Below, one piece after another: positions 35,066-48,600 of a stretch of 64,000 nt of DNA. The first letter of the stretch is position 1; every line of letters begins with the position of its first letter. This stretch comes from Lama guanicoe (Eukaryota), in NCBI GenBank assembly GCA_013239625.1, contig MU053758.1, forward strand, positions 1 to 64,000, given 5' to 3'. The notes under the pieces are model-generated. The model was not told the DNA's origin and did no database searches. It saw only the letters and a list, made by a program, of their open reading frames with translations. The translations under genes were made by a program, and so were the position numbers.

Positions 35066-35905
35066 GTGTAGATGGGGATACAGCAGGGAGGGGAAGCGGC
35101 CACAGTTCCTGTCTTTGGTGCAGCTTGCCTCTAGACCCATTTCCCAGCTGAAGAAACTGAGACTTGGAGAAGAAGCATTGTATACCGCGGGTACAAATGG
35201 AATATTACAAAACTTTGATTAGCGCCTTTTCTTTTTGAATTTGAAACACTTCCATGTCTGCTTTCCTTTGTCTTCATCTCTCAGTAGAGAAGGGAAGGGA
35301 TGATGCCCCCAGTGCTTGTTATCGATGGAGAAATGGGGCTGGGGAAGCTGCATCACTGGTCCAGGGCACAGGTCATGAAAGGAGCTCTAGTCTCTGGAGA
35401 ACTTTATTTGATGTGCTGGGCACCTTGCTAGGTGCTGGGGACTCTGCTAGGTGGAAAGAGAGGTCCTGTGCCCTCAAATAGCTTATAATTCAGGAAGGGA
35501 ACAGATGGGTCCTTAAAATACGGCTTTGATGGGAGTGCACATGAAATGTGGCAGAGGCATGAAATGCAGGAAAGGAGCCCTACGTTCCTTTGGGGGAAGG
35601 AGGAAAAGCTTCGCAGAGAAGGTATTGTTTTAGCTGAGACATAAAGGATGAGGAGTTTGCCAGGCAAACAAGTGAGAAGAGGGTGTTCCAGGTGGAAGAG
35701 ACAGCACAAGCGAAGGCATTGACGTAAGAAAGGACATGGCCTGCTGAGGATCCTGACGAAGTTCAGTGTGTAGAGCATGGTGGGGGTGGGAGTGGGAGTG
35801 GGGTGGCCATGAGCTAACAGCTAGGCAGTCAGCCAAGGGGAAGAGAACATGAGGCCCTTAATTGCCTTGCAAAGCAGTTCAGATTTCCCTTTAAGCAAGG
35901 GGAGC

Positions 35906-36388
35906 TGTATTAGTTTCTGGCTGCTGCTGTAACAAATAAGCACAAACCTAGTGGCTTCAGACAACACAGGTTTACTGACAGTTCTGGGGTCAGAAGTTGC
36001 ACGGAGACAACATCAGGGCATCAGTAGGATGTGTTCCTCCTGGAGGCTCTTGGGGAGAGTCAGTTCTACGCCCGCTCCAGTTTCTAGAAACTGCCCACAT
36101 TTCTTGGCTCATGTTCTTCTCCCATCTTCAAAGCCAGCAGCCACACCATTCTGCCCCCTGCTTCCATGGTCACATCTCCTTCTTGGACTCTAATGCTCCT
36201 GCCTCTCCTTGAAGTACCTTTGTGGTTAGATTGGACCCATCGGATAATCCAGGCTAAGGTCCGAATTTCAAGATCCTTAACTTAATCCCATATGCAAAGT
36301 CCCTTTCACCAAGGTAAGGTAACATATTCACAGGTTCCAGGGTTTAGGATGTGGACATCTTTAGGGCTCCATTAACCTGTTTATCACA
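35906..36388 (-). mobile_element. MaLR solo LTR (MLT1D-like)
   Basis: TGtattagtttc...gctgtaacaaa...catcttcaaagccagca...gtaaggtaacatattcacaggttccaggg...atcaCA. Confidence 0.8.
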
Positions 36389-36410
36389 GAATAAGCCACT
36401 CAAGAATTCT

Positions 36411-36500
36411 TTTTTTTTTTTAATGGAGGTACTGGGGATTGAACCCAGGACCTCATGCATGCCAGGCATGCACACTACTACTGAGCTATACCCTCCCCAC
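36411..36500 (-). mobile_element. Camelid Vic-1-like SINE with TSD
   Basis: Reverse-strand A/B boxes and poly(T); TSD CTCAAGAATTCT at 36399-36410 and 36501-36512. Confidence 0.9.
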
Positions 36501-37394
36501 CTCAAGAATTCTGAGCAGGAGAGTGGGGTGACGGAATTGGAGTTCTGGGCAGTATAGCATTATGGTTAAAAGAGCAGGCTTAGGAGTCTGACTACCTGGG
36601 TTCAATCCTGAGCCTGCCACGTGAGACTTAATGTGACCTTACATCGTTTCCTACTTCATTTCTCTCTGTCTCGGTTTTCTCATCTGTGAAATGGAGATAC
36701 CTACTCAAAGAGCAGTTGGAAGGACTGCCTGGGATAAGAGGTAAAACAGGACAGTGGAAAGTACTCAATAAATTGGGAACATCTTGGTGCCCAGTACGTG
36801 CTGAGAACACAGCCTAGTCAGGAAAAAGACATTCATGGTCAATGCCCCACAGAGCAGAACCTAGCTTCATAGGGGGTCCATTTCCACAGGACCATCAACA
36901 CCCAACACGATAGGGAAGGAGGTCCCCAGGCACCAGGGGATTCTCTGGCACAGGAGGAACATGCAGCCCCTGTGAACGGCACCATGTTTCTCAATGGAGC
37001 ACTCACCCCTTCCTCTCTGCTGGCGAAATGAAATGAGGGACGGAAGTTGCCCCTGTCTGTTCCCACTCTCAGCTGGGGGTCCATCTGAGTGCTGGATAAT
37101 ATTAGAGAGTAGGTGGTGTTCTGTCTTAAGCTTTCTTCCCTGAGATCTCTGTAAAGACAAAACAAAACAAAAAACTGTTTAGTTTGACGTGGGGCCAAAG
37201 ACTCCGCCACATCTAGTGTGATGGTAAGTGTGCTTCTCAGAGTCGACGGGCACCTGGTCTGGGGTTTCTTGCTTCCCTATCCTCTCTGTCTCTGCTTCCT
37301 AGTTCCAATAAACCCAAGCTATCAAAGTATCTCCCTCCTTCCTGCTGCTTTTCTTCTCTAAGGAACTCCAAAAAAAGTGGCTATGGATCTCTTT

Positions 37395-37490
37395 GAGATT
37401 TACCAGCAAGTAGATAAAATACAGGACACTCAGTTAAATTTGAATTTCAGATAAGTGATGAATAATTTTAGTATGTCTCAAATGTTACTA
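37395..37490. mobile_element. MER53-like hAT MITE half
   Basis: agataaaatacaggacactcagttaaatttgaatttcagataa. Confidence 0.6.
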
Positions 37491-40400
37491 TATGATTAGT
37501 ACTACTTTCAAAACCAGATTATTTGACTAACCAGAACATCCCATTCCCTAAATTCACCATGTAACACTATGTATGTTCTTTGAGGCAATTAACAAGGTCA
37601 ATTGGTATTGAAAGTTCCAGGACCTTCTTACAGGTGACTTTCTTTGTAGTAACACAGGGAAAGGAGGGAAGGCTATGGCTCTCGAGGGATGGCAAGGGTC
37701 AGAATAGTGAGGACGGGCCCTCTTATTTCCTTGACATGAATGGTGATGGCACTTCAGCTGTGACAATTTCTTCTCCTGCCCACCTCTGAGATTCAAAGAC
37801 ATTCAGCTCCTCTTCATGAATGGGGCACATAATCCCTGCTACTCCACAACCTAAGGGTGACCAGCATATCTGTTCTATTTAACTATATCGAGATCTCTTT
37901 GATCTTGACTAGGATAACGATGCTGACTCTTACCATCTATGGGATATGAAGGAAAGTCTGTCTTCAGATTGGGTGTGTATAATTTGCAGTCACTGTTACA
38001 TGAAACACACACAGGAAAGTATGGTTGAAATCTGCCAGGCTAGTCACTGTTGATACTAAGGTTTGCTTGAGGTTTGGCTCCCAGGCGCCATCCCATGTGA
38101 CTGCTCCAATCTAGAATGACCCTCCTCTTCTTACGCACCTCTAGCCCTCACTCCAAACTTCCCTCCTTGTTCTGTGGGGGGCAAACACCTGAAGTCCTCC
38201 AACTTACCTTGTCTGCTGGTTGAGGCTCAGCCCTGCCACCAGTTAGGGCTTCCAGCAGATGGCCACTTCCAGGTCATCTCCAGGCCACTCTCCATGCAGC
38301 ATACTGTGCAGTCTGGTGCTGTCAGGCGGGACTTGAGATCTCCCATCGAAGTGGTTTAGCCATCTAGTTAGCCATCTGGTGGACTCCTACGTTTCTGTAT
38401 GCGCCCCTTTGAAGCATTATTTCAGACTCTAAATAAAGGCAAAAGATGGTACCGTTTATGGAAACGTAAAGGAGCCCTGGATTTTACCCCTCTGTGTGTG
38501 AACCAACCTGCCAGCCAAGGGCAAGAGTCTGAACCGCACAGGATTAACTGTGTCCTCTTTCACCTCGGTTCCTTCTAGAAAAATGTGGCCCTGAGGGGCC
38601 AGGGGAATTCATGACTTCATGCCTAACAAAGCTCCAGGAACAGCCTGCTGCAGACAAGGTCTCATTATGGTTAATTGCTGTTATTATTGTTGTTGTTGTT
38701 GTTCTTAGCCCAGCTCCTGTGAAAAGCTGCCACAGCTTTGCTGACCTCAGGTCAGGGCTTTCATTAATGCCTCTTCTGAATGCCAGAGGCCCCAGGCACC
38801 ACATTCGTGCCCCCACGTGCAGGCTCCACCTCCTCTGAGCTCCGCTCACAGGGTCTTCTCCACCACCAGATCTTCCCAGTCCCTCCCTGGAGTGGCCCCA
38901 TCATTCTTCAATCCTGCTAGCAACGCCAGCTCCCATTCCAGCCCCCTCGCTCCAGATATCTTCACCCTCCCCCTTGCCGCCCCTCCCCGTACCTTCCCTT
39001 TTCTGCCGTTTCCCAGCCCCCCAACACAGTTTTTGGCCCAAATAGTTCTCCACGGCTGAGTCTTCTGCGGGGTCATGAAAGCTAAGAGAGGGTTCCCTGA
39101 GCCTCGTCCTTTCCCCTTGCAGCCCCCATGTCTTGCACTGCATCCCAGGTCTCCGATCCCACCTCCGTGAGAACTTTGGGCCTGTTCTTCAGGTGGCGAG
39201 GCCGGTTGGGTGGGTTGGCTGGTTTAGGGTTACGGAGTTTGGCACTAGCTCACAGCCCCGTGCAGCTGCCTTCTTTAATTAATTAATTCCAATTTTTAAA
39301 AAACCATCTCTTCAATTGGACCTCAGTGCATGCCTCTGGGGCATATGTGACATCAATTAAAGACAGCAATTAATCGTGCTGCCTAAAAGAATCTCTGAGC
39401 CTTTTAAAGACTCAAACGCAATCGGGCCTAACTGCCCTAGATCACTCTGCTGTAGACAGACCCTGAGGCAGCACCCCCAGGGTAGGAACTGGGTGGCAAC
39501 AGTCCACTTAGAGATGGGAGATGCTGTCCTGTTGTGGGTGACTCCCTCAGCGCCCATGCTCCCTAACCCCAGGGTTCCTCTTGGCCTTTGCTTAGATAGC
39601 CAGGAAGCTAAGCTATTGCAGGTAGTGTGGTGGCCTGGTTTCTCTGAGGTAGGACCAACGTCCCTCAAATTCCAAAGCCCACCTCTCCACTGTCCTAACT
39701 GATCATCTTGCATCGATAAAGATGAATTGCAGGACCTCTAACAACAGGACAGGGACTGAGTTGATCTGTCCTTCCATCCATAGAGATGGTTGACATAGGG
39801 TTAGCGAAAGCTTTCACAGCGGTTTGAATTGGGAAAATGGTTAAAGATGTTGCTTGAGGGCAGAGGTGATTTCTTTTTCTATTTTTTCAAAGAAAATGTA
39901 TTTCTTTTTGAGAGGGTAGTTAAACATCCACTAGCAACCTTCCTGATCTCTGAACACTTCATATTTGCTTATGCTAAAATGAGTCTATGAGCTTGCAGTG
40001 AGGGGGTTGCATTTTCCTGCCCACCCTGGGTGGGTGGGAGACAGGCAGCCACCCCCTCGAGGCTCAGGGCTGAGCAGGAGGGCGCGAGGGAGCCAGCATG
40101 CTCTATTGGAGGAAGTTTTATCAATTCGTTACATCTGCTAGTGGACACTCGTCCCACTTAGAAGTGGAATTACCACTCAGGACTCTTGGAAAAGGTGGGG
40201 GTAATGGGAAGGGGTTTAAAGGAGCAAAACCCAATCCTTCGGAGGCCTGCATCTTCGGCAGACCAAGGGACCCAGAGATGCAGCATGGAGGAAGCTCTCC
40301 CTCATCTTGAGGCCACCATCTTGCCCCCAGGACCAACCCTGCCCTCCAGAAAGGATTTCTTAATGGTCTTTGATTCCCACCTTGCTCGACAGACACTTGG

Positions 40401-43400
40401 TAGAAGCTTCAGGAAGGATGATAGAACATTGAAGACAAGGAGGGGAAGAGGCATGCAGCACAGCTACAAATAGTTTTCCATGTGCAAAGCAAGTAGGCAG
40501 ATGGGACTGGACTAAAACCTTAGCCTCACTAACACTGTCCTTTCTACTCAATTGGAATTAAAAAAAAATTAGTAGGCCAGGTAAACATGACTTTCCTTAT
40601 CTATTTAACTCATTTATTTATTGGCATAGGTGAGTTGACTGTGACTCACTTTTGTCCCTTTATGTTTGCCAGAGTCGTGGCTGTCCATTTGAGTCCAAAC
40701 TTCCAGAGAGCAGAGACCACATCTGTTCAATTTGCTTTGTATGGTGTCCAGCAGAGGGCTGCAGTATCGTGTCACAGAGAAGTGCTGGACTTGGACCCCA
40801 GGGACCCAGATTTTACTTCTGGCCATGTTACCCTTAAAATCTGGACCTTGGTTTTAATTTGCTGTTAAAAAATAGTGGGAAGAACATTTCCTGCCCTTCC
40901 TACCTCCCAGGGTTGAGGGGAGGAGTAAATGAACTACTGGAGAAGAAAGACTTGTATAAATGGTCATATACCTGTTGCTTTGAAAAAATTATAAAATGCA
41001 TTTTGATGACAAGGACACCAGAATGATCATACTCCAAACTCTGAGATGTTTCAAATAGAAGAGGTGATGTACAGAGATCACAGCTGTAGGGAGCTGTGAA
41101 CCAAATGGTGGGTCCAGGTTACAGCCAAAACCAAGCTTGAGATGGAAGTGACACTGGCTGTCTCAGTAGCCTCCCTCATCTCTATCCCCAAAGCAAAACA
41201 GCTCTACTCACAGATCTGGTCTTTTAGTGAATCCTCTTTTTTTCTTCTAGAGCACCCTGGCATTCATTTTAACTTTTCACTGGAATTTAAGTGGGAGTGG
41301 TGGGAGCTGAGGGGGCACAGAATGAAAGTGCCCACGGACCACATTCCTTTAAGACTGTAAATATACATACACACATGAGCGCATGTGTGCATCTACAGAC
41401 AAGCCCTGTGGCAGACAAGCCAAGAGTCCAGCTCTCTGGGCTGTCTCTAAACACTATCACTTAGAGATATGAGGGGGGGAAAGTGAATACAAAAGGAGAG
41501 ACCAGGACAGCTTTATCTACTCTGTAGAAGGGGCAGTTTCCTATAGCAAGGGCTTGGAGATGAGAATTAGATAGTAACTCTTAGGAAAAGAATGAAATTA
41601 CAAGGTATTAACAAACACAGTCAGCTTTCTAGAGTAGAATCCTAGGTATCAGATCTGGAAGGTTCTAAGAGTTATATAATCCCCTCTTTGCACAAAGCCT
41701 CAAAGATGAAGTGATTGAACAAAGGTCACAACACTACAAGTATAAGGACCCAGAAGGTCATGACCAAGCTCTGGCCCCAAGTCTGGTACAGCAGGACGGG
41801 GTTATATTAGTTAATGAGTTGGTAGGGAGCCACGGCCACTGCCCCTCCATAAGTAAGTGTGTTAAGAACTATTATTGACTAGGGGTACACCCCTGAAAAC
41901 TTGGGGAGCAAAGAAATGCAGTGAATAGGGAGTTTGTACCAGGCCATCAAGCTCACCTTATAGAAACCAGATAGCTCTGCTGCTGTTTCAGTTAAATCTG
42001 TGAAGGTTTTCAGAACTGTCAAAGTATACAGAACTTTTTACTAAAACTTTTAAATTAAAAAAAAAATGGGTCCTGTTGATTTCCGCCCACCCTTATTGAA
42101 AAAGTTAGTGAGGAACTATCCGGGGCCGGGAAACCAGGATGACAGAAGACTTGACTTTCAACAAGGCCAGTGTGGGTGCTAAGCCCTGCCTGCCATGACT
42201 GCTAAGCTGTAGTGCCCGCAGCTGAAGAAGGCAGGCTGACTGAGGGCAAACGCCCTCTTCTTGTGACATGTCAAGTGATGACGCCCTTCTCTTGGTAGGT
42301 TCTTGAAGGGTAAGAGTTAAGTGGGAGCAGAGGAACTGGGATCACCTTGCCAGGCCCAAGGTCTTCCAGAGAACCAGTCACCAAGGCTTCAGATACATCA
42401 GGCAAGTCCCAGGGTCCTGGAGAGAGAAAGGAGGGGGGAAAAACATGAAATAAAGGAGATGCAGTCTTAGAACTGAATATTAAAATTATTCTCCCTCACA
42501 TGCCAAGACTACTTGTTTTCACCCCACAGGAATATGCAGTCATTCTCTACAGCCTTTCAAACCCTCTGAGAGGACAGCACCCTGGGACTTGGAAGACCGG
42601 GTCCTGTTTTGCCTCCACAGTTGACTGGACTTGGTGACTTGGGCTGAGCCCATACACCTACCTTGGCCTGAACTTCCTTCATTGGGAATACCACCTGTCC
42701 TACCTGCTTTGTGGGGGTGTTGGATGATCTGATGAGATAACGGACAGAACCTCTCTGCAAAAACCGTAAAGCACTCCTCGAAGGGCAGGTAACCATACTA
42801 CTATTCTAATTACTAGAAGCCCTTCAGAGGGTTGGCCTGTGGGTAGAGTCCCAGAGATTTGGAAGATCACCTTGTTTCCTTAGCCATCACTCTGCATACC
42901 TCCCTTCCAAACAGGTTGGCCCTCACAATCAGAGGGTGGGGAATGGATCAAATGTCCGAGAAGGCAAAGCTAGACATCTCAGTCAGATGTTCTGGGCTCA
43001 CTGTCCCCCATAGATGCCAAATTCTTTTTCACATTGAACCTAAATTTTTCCTTATACTACTTTATGCTTATTTTCTCCTGTTCTGCCTGAAGATTTTCTC
43101 CTTGCTGAAATATGGTACCATTTTTAGTGTTTATCCATGGAAGACACTCACTATTGAAGAACATGACCCACAGCTACTAAATTGCAATTCCTGGGGTCTG
43201 GAGTCCAAGTGTAATTAAATCCAATCATCAGTTTTTGGAAGGAGCCAAGGATAGAGTCAGTCCTTGAATCCCTTTATAAAGTTTCAGTCTCCTCCCTAAC
43301 CTTTTCCCAGACTCAGGTTATTTTACTTCCCACAGGAATTTCTTTTGGAGGTGCTATTTTGGGGAGAAGTAGCTGCATCTGAATAGAAAATGTTTAGAGA

Positions 43401-44589
43401 GGTCAGCCTCAGTGCAGGAACACTTGTTAAGTGTGCTTTAAATAACGGAGAGAGAATAAGGAGTTTCAATTACGGTAAGATTTGGAAAACATCAGGGAAA
43501 TTTGGTTTATGATGGGAAAGGTCGTGCCTTGGTTCTACTCCACGCTAGGCCTTCACCTTGCCTTGTTCATTTCCCCTCTCTGTAGTCCAAGCCCTTTCAA
43601 TTATGGACACCCTCTCTTGGCTCTGAACTTGGATAAATGCTACCTTGTTAGCTAATAATACCATTAATTATATTAATGATTAATAGCTAATTAGTCATAA
43701 TGCTGTAATACTTAAATGGAGGCTTCCTTTCTTTCAGCAGCTCTGTCTCAAGCGCACGTGCATGCACCACCCCCCCTTCCCTATTCTTGGCCACAGAACA
43801 AGTGCGGCTCTAAATTTGTTTTTCTGACCACTTCAGCAATCTCTAAATTTCTCCAGTTTTTATTAGCTGTCCCATTCATCTGGCGAATGACCATACTGCT
43901 TATATTTTGCCTTTTATTTCTGTCCTGTCACTCACACTGCCTTCCAGTAACGAGACCAGAGTCAAGATTTTTTTTTTTAACGTATTCCATAAACCAAAGT
44001 CTCATTTACTTTCTAAATCTCACTTGGGCCTACTTTTCTACTTTGGCCCACCTTCTTCACCTCATCTTTCCCAAATCCTAAACTGTCCCCTACTTTGTGG
44101 AATCCCACCCCACAGCCAGCCCAAAGCTCCCTCCCACTCTACGGTTTGGCTTACTTTCAGCAACCACGCCCCCAGACCCCAGGAGAGCGGTGCGCACGCG
44201 CACTCCATGCCTTTACCTGGGCGCTCGGGAGTGGGCGGAGTAGGGGAGGCGTGGGTGGAGCGGGAGTCGGCGGTTACGACGGCGGCGGAGCTCTCACGAA
44301 GTGGCAGGAGGGAGAAAAGGTACGCCGGGGCCGACCCCGAGGGCTGTGCATGCGTGCCGCCGCGCCCAGCGGCCGAGATGCTAGGGGGTCGGGCGGAGGG
44401 AGGGAGGTGTCGGGCTCCCTGTTGGGCGGGGGTGCCGGCGAGGGAAGGGGCCGCGGGCGCGCGCGCGCTCTCGCCGCTTCTCGCCCTCCTTCCCTGCCCG
44501 CCTCTCCGCACACAGAACCGCACACGCACACCCCCTCCCCTGCCTCCCTCCCCGCCCGTCGCGCGCCACGTCGGCCCCGCTCGCCCTCG

Positions 44590-44639
44590 CGCGCTCGGAA
44601 GGCAGTCGCGAGACGTCGGAGCGGCGGCCACGTAGCGCT

Positions 44640-44671
<32 letters not shown>

Positions 44672-44840
44672 CGCCGAGGCCGGGTCTGCGGAGCGGCCCG
44701 CAGGACAGACGTTGGGCGGGGGGGAGGGGCCGGCCCGGCCGTCGGTTGTTACTCGAGCGCCTCGGCTACAGGCCCCCCGCCGCAGGGATGGACCCCCGAG
44801 GCGGCGGTCGGGGTGGCGGAAGCGGAGGCGGCCGGCCCGG
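44590..44840 (+). other. ZNF652: Probable non-coding exon 1 of ZNF652 (start approximate); intron 1 runs beyond the window end
   Basis: Strong donor CGG|gtgagt at 44841 inside the CpG island, with a CGG repeat in the leader. The gene name rests only on recalled PHB1-ZNF652 same-strand synteny; no ZNF652 coding sequence is in the window. Confidence 0.65.
44641..44670 (+). repeat. (CGG)10 trinucleotide repeat in the putative 5'UTR
   Basis: Ten uninterrupted CGG units read directly. Confidence 0.95.
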
Positions 44841-45614
44841 GTGAGTAGGGGCCCCTGCCCCCCACGCACACGCCGCAGTCGCTGCTGCGCCCCTGGCAGC
44901 AGCCCTTCCTCTCCGCCACCCGCCGAGCCGACCGGGGCTCTGGGCGCCGGGTTAACCCTTCGCCGAGGCAGCTGCGTGCGCTAGGCCGAAGCAGCCCCCA
45001 TTCGGCGGGGAGGCCCCGGGCGCTGCGCTCTTCTGGTCCCGAGCCTGGGCCGGGGGCGCCCGCTTCTGCCCCTTCGTCCGCTCCTTCCCGGACTCGAGCT
45101 GGGCTCCAGTTTTTCAGAGTCCGCTCGCCCCGAGGCCCAGGGGGAGGCCGGGGTTGCACGGGTCAGCGGGCCCAGGGGAGGTTTGCACCGGTCGTCCTGC
45201 GAGCATTCTCCTGCCCTGCAGCTAGTGGCTTGCACCCACTGCCTCCCCTGCCCTGCGGTTGCGCCCAGACCTCGAACCGCCGGGAGTATTGTGCCTCCCT
45301 AGATAAAATGCATCTAGTGTACACCCGCCCAACACTCACCCAGAGGGTAATGCAGACCTTTCTCCACCCCCGCCTCCTCTTCCCCTCCAATCAGGCTCTG
45401 CTTAAGATACTTAAGATTCTTAGATGGGAGCCACTAAAGGTAGTGACACCCCAGTTACATCTGTACAGATCATGTCCATTGTCGAGGGATGTCTCCTGTA
45501 GAAATGATAAATGCTCCTACCTCACCCTCGAAGACCGTCTTCACGATTTAAGATCCCATATGCTCTTCTTGAAGAGGGCCAGTCTTTGATCACATCTAGT
45601 ACATCTCTCCCCCA

Positions 45615-45637
45615 ACACACACACACACACACACACA

Positions 45638-45684
<47 letters not shown>
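45615..45684. repeat. Compound (CA)n(CT)n microsatellite
   Basis: Read directly. Confidence 0.95.
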
Positions 45685-48600
45685 ATCTCCCCCTCTTCCT
45701 CTCTCTCTCTTCCTTCCTGATTGCCGAACAGTCTCTGTCATCGCGGATCCATTGTCAGGAATGGCTTGTGCCAATCAAAGGAATGTGTTTTTGCCTTTGG
45801 AGAAGGGTGCTTTCCACAACCATGTTATCAGGACGTTGTTGTGTGAGTCTGTCTTTGATTGTCCGCAGATTGTCCCCCTGTTCAAGCATCATTATTACAG
45901 TTGTTTCCCTTATATGCATCTCTTGTGGACCCTCAGTAATACCTGAGTGATGCTTTTTTTCCCAGTTAATTACATACATATGCTGTGTGGGAATTTCATT
46001 TATTTTGTTGTAATGTTTAACATCTATGGTCAAGCCATAGTAAATACATAGGGTAGTATTTTGGGAACAATGTCTGTATATTTTTTTCCAGCGATGGCTA
46101 GGTCCGTATTGTTCTGGGAATGGCAACTAGCACATGCTTTCTTGACAACATGTGTATGCTTAGGGAATGAAGAGCTGCTGTGGCTGGCATGTGTGAGTGT
46201 ATGCCCTGAATGCAGGTGATGTTCCCATATAGGGCTGATTTGAGAGTGGTGTACTGTGAGAGGGCTGGCAGGTATCTTGGCTGTTTGTATCAGGACCTGT
46301 GCACATGTATTCAGGTAGATACTACCTTTAGTGTAATTTTGTTTAAAGTGTTCACTGCTGAGTTTTAGGGATCCTGGAAATATCTAGTTCTTAACCTTCC
46401 TTTGGGGTCATGGAAACCTTTAGGGCCCTCTTCTCAATAAAACAGACGCACATAATTTTGTATGCAATTACAGTCATCTTGAACCTGGTCCTGGGACCTC
46501 AACTTAAGATCTGTATTATGCAAAAGTGAAAGGAATTTGAATTTTGTGTTTTGCTTTGTTTTGTTTTTCTGTTAAGGATTGGCATAACTTTGGTCCTGAG
46601 CAGTAAGCAGCAAAATAGATTAACTATGTATCCTTGTGTTTTGTTCTTTGATTACAGTTAGACATTTGTAAGGCACCATTTTCCTATCTTCCAGTAGAAA
46701 GATGTATGTGAAAGTTTCAGAAAAAGTTAAAACTGGAGTCAAAATAACTTGGTCTAAATCTGACCAAGTGATAATGTATGTTCCTTGCACTATATTCTAA
46801 ATGTAGCAGATTTCAGCAGGGGTTTCCATGGTCTGTTTTATGGTGCCTATCTGGAATCGTTCCGTGTTGTTTTAGGTTGATCTGATCTCTTAAGGCTTTA
46901 TCATTCCTGTAGTAGAGTACCTGCTCCGTGAAGATTTTTCAGCTTTATTAAATATGATTTCATGTCTTTATTCAGGGTGATATTACCATCAGAATCATCC
47001 ATTTAAAATTTTTCTTTTAATGGAAGAATTTTAATTATAATTAGGGAATTCAGTCTCCATGTTTGAAATCTAGAAGTAGGCATGAGTATTGCACCATTCT
47101 ATCGGTAAGCAGGGGATAAATATCAGCTATTCGTTAAATCCCTCTGCATCCAGCCTTTGCCTTTTGATCATATTTAAATCAAGAGACATTTCTTCCAGTG
47201 TGTGATAGTGTTGTGGACAGTGATATAAAAGAAGCACAGTCCCCAGCTCTCCAGGAGCTTGTAGTTCTGATGATATTTTTCACTTGAAGAATCCTTTGGT
47301 GACTTCTTTTTTTTTTTTTTTTTCATATTTTGAGGCTTCTGAGAGACCAAGGAATTTACGGCATTAACAGCTTTTTGGAAGGCAAGGGAGCTTTGGAATC
47401 TTGCATAGAACGTGTTTTATACACCTGAAGAATAGCATTTATTCTAATAATTATGCAGTGTACCTATGAAGTTTGAAAGCACGCTGAGATGGCAAATACT
47501 GCATTTTTTATTATCTAATAAACATGACTGAAGTGGCTTATATTATAGGTTATATTTTTTTGTTCATGTAGTGCCTAAGGTTTTACTGTCAGAAATTATT
47601 TGCGTATCCTCAACCCAAACTGTTTCAAAGTTGCAAAAATGTTACTTTTCTTTGTCAGCATAGTATAGTGACAGATTGTTAAAATCTCAGGGGACAGCAT
47701 ACTTCCTTGATTTAGTATTGCAGAACCTCTTGTAACCAGTCACTTACCTAGTTAAACACCCACACACCACAGAGCAGCTGATCGTGTAACTCGTATGACT
47801 GTGAGAACAGCATTCTCTCTGCCAGATTCAGAGCTTGGAAGCTGGAAAACAATTGCATAGCAGTGAAACACTTAAGGAGTAGTGGTGCCAGCAGCTCGCT
47901 CTCATTAGTACAAACAGCTTGCTTTAGTTTTTTGTTTTTTTCAGCGCTCTTCTTCAGACACCCTTCCCTTAGGAGGGTTCAGATCAGCAGCTCCTACTCA
48001 AGGGAAGCAGCACTGACTTTCTGCAACTGTGGCCTCAAGATCTGATTTGTGACACCCAGAGCTGTATTCCATTTCTCAGTATGGGAAGTAATCTTGTAGT
48101 GTGGTAAGAAAATACTTTTCAAGTCTGTAGAAGAAAGTTGATTAGTAATGCTGCTGATGTGATTTTGTTTTTGAATGTCTGGATCCTATCGAAGTAAACT
48201 GTAAAGGTGAACTGTTTTTAAAAATCACTCTTTTCTCAAGAGTTTTAGAAAATTTCGCCAGAAGTGTGAATATGCTTTTGAGTTTCATTTCCCTTGTTCT
48301 AAAAAGTCAGTTGAGAGACAGCCAACAACAAAAAAACCCAACTGTGGATTGTCTTCTATTTTGAGCCATAGCCTTTGGAATTAGTTATGCTAAAGAAGGT
48401 GACTGCATTTCCTCATTAGGAACTCCTGGGTCTTGTGCTATGGTTTAAGGTATATTTTTCTCATCTCCTGTCATCATTTCAGACTGTTAGCCCTTGGATT
48501 TACTTTGATGAAGGTGAGCCGGTGTTGCAGTTAGTGACGGTAGCTGAAGGGGGATCTGGGAAACAACCCGTCTCCCTGGAGCCAGGCAGAGCCGGGTTTG

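Larger units (their letters stand above)
44170..45290. promoter_or_regulatory. CpG island, promoter of the downstream gene (probably ZNF652)
   Basis: Very high GC and CpG density, several GC boxes, NRF1-like GCGCACGCGC at ~44192 and GCGCGCGCGC at ~44457. Confidence 0.9.

Noticed and set aside
34371..35151. 233-aa and neighbouring ORFs spanning N runs
   Set aside because: Length is inflated by gap X residues; only the zinc-finger remnant is meaningful.
43907..45235. Long overlapping ORFs (up to 249 aa) on both strands
   Set aside because: Stop-poor by-product of the GC-rich CpG island; low-complexity G/R/P/A translations with no recognisable domain.
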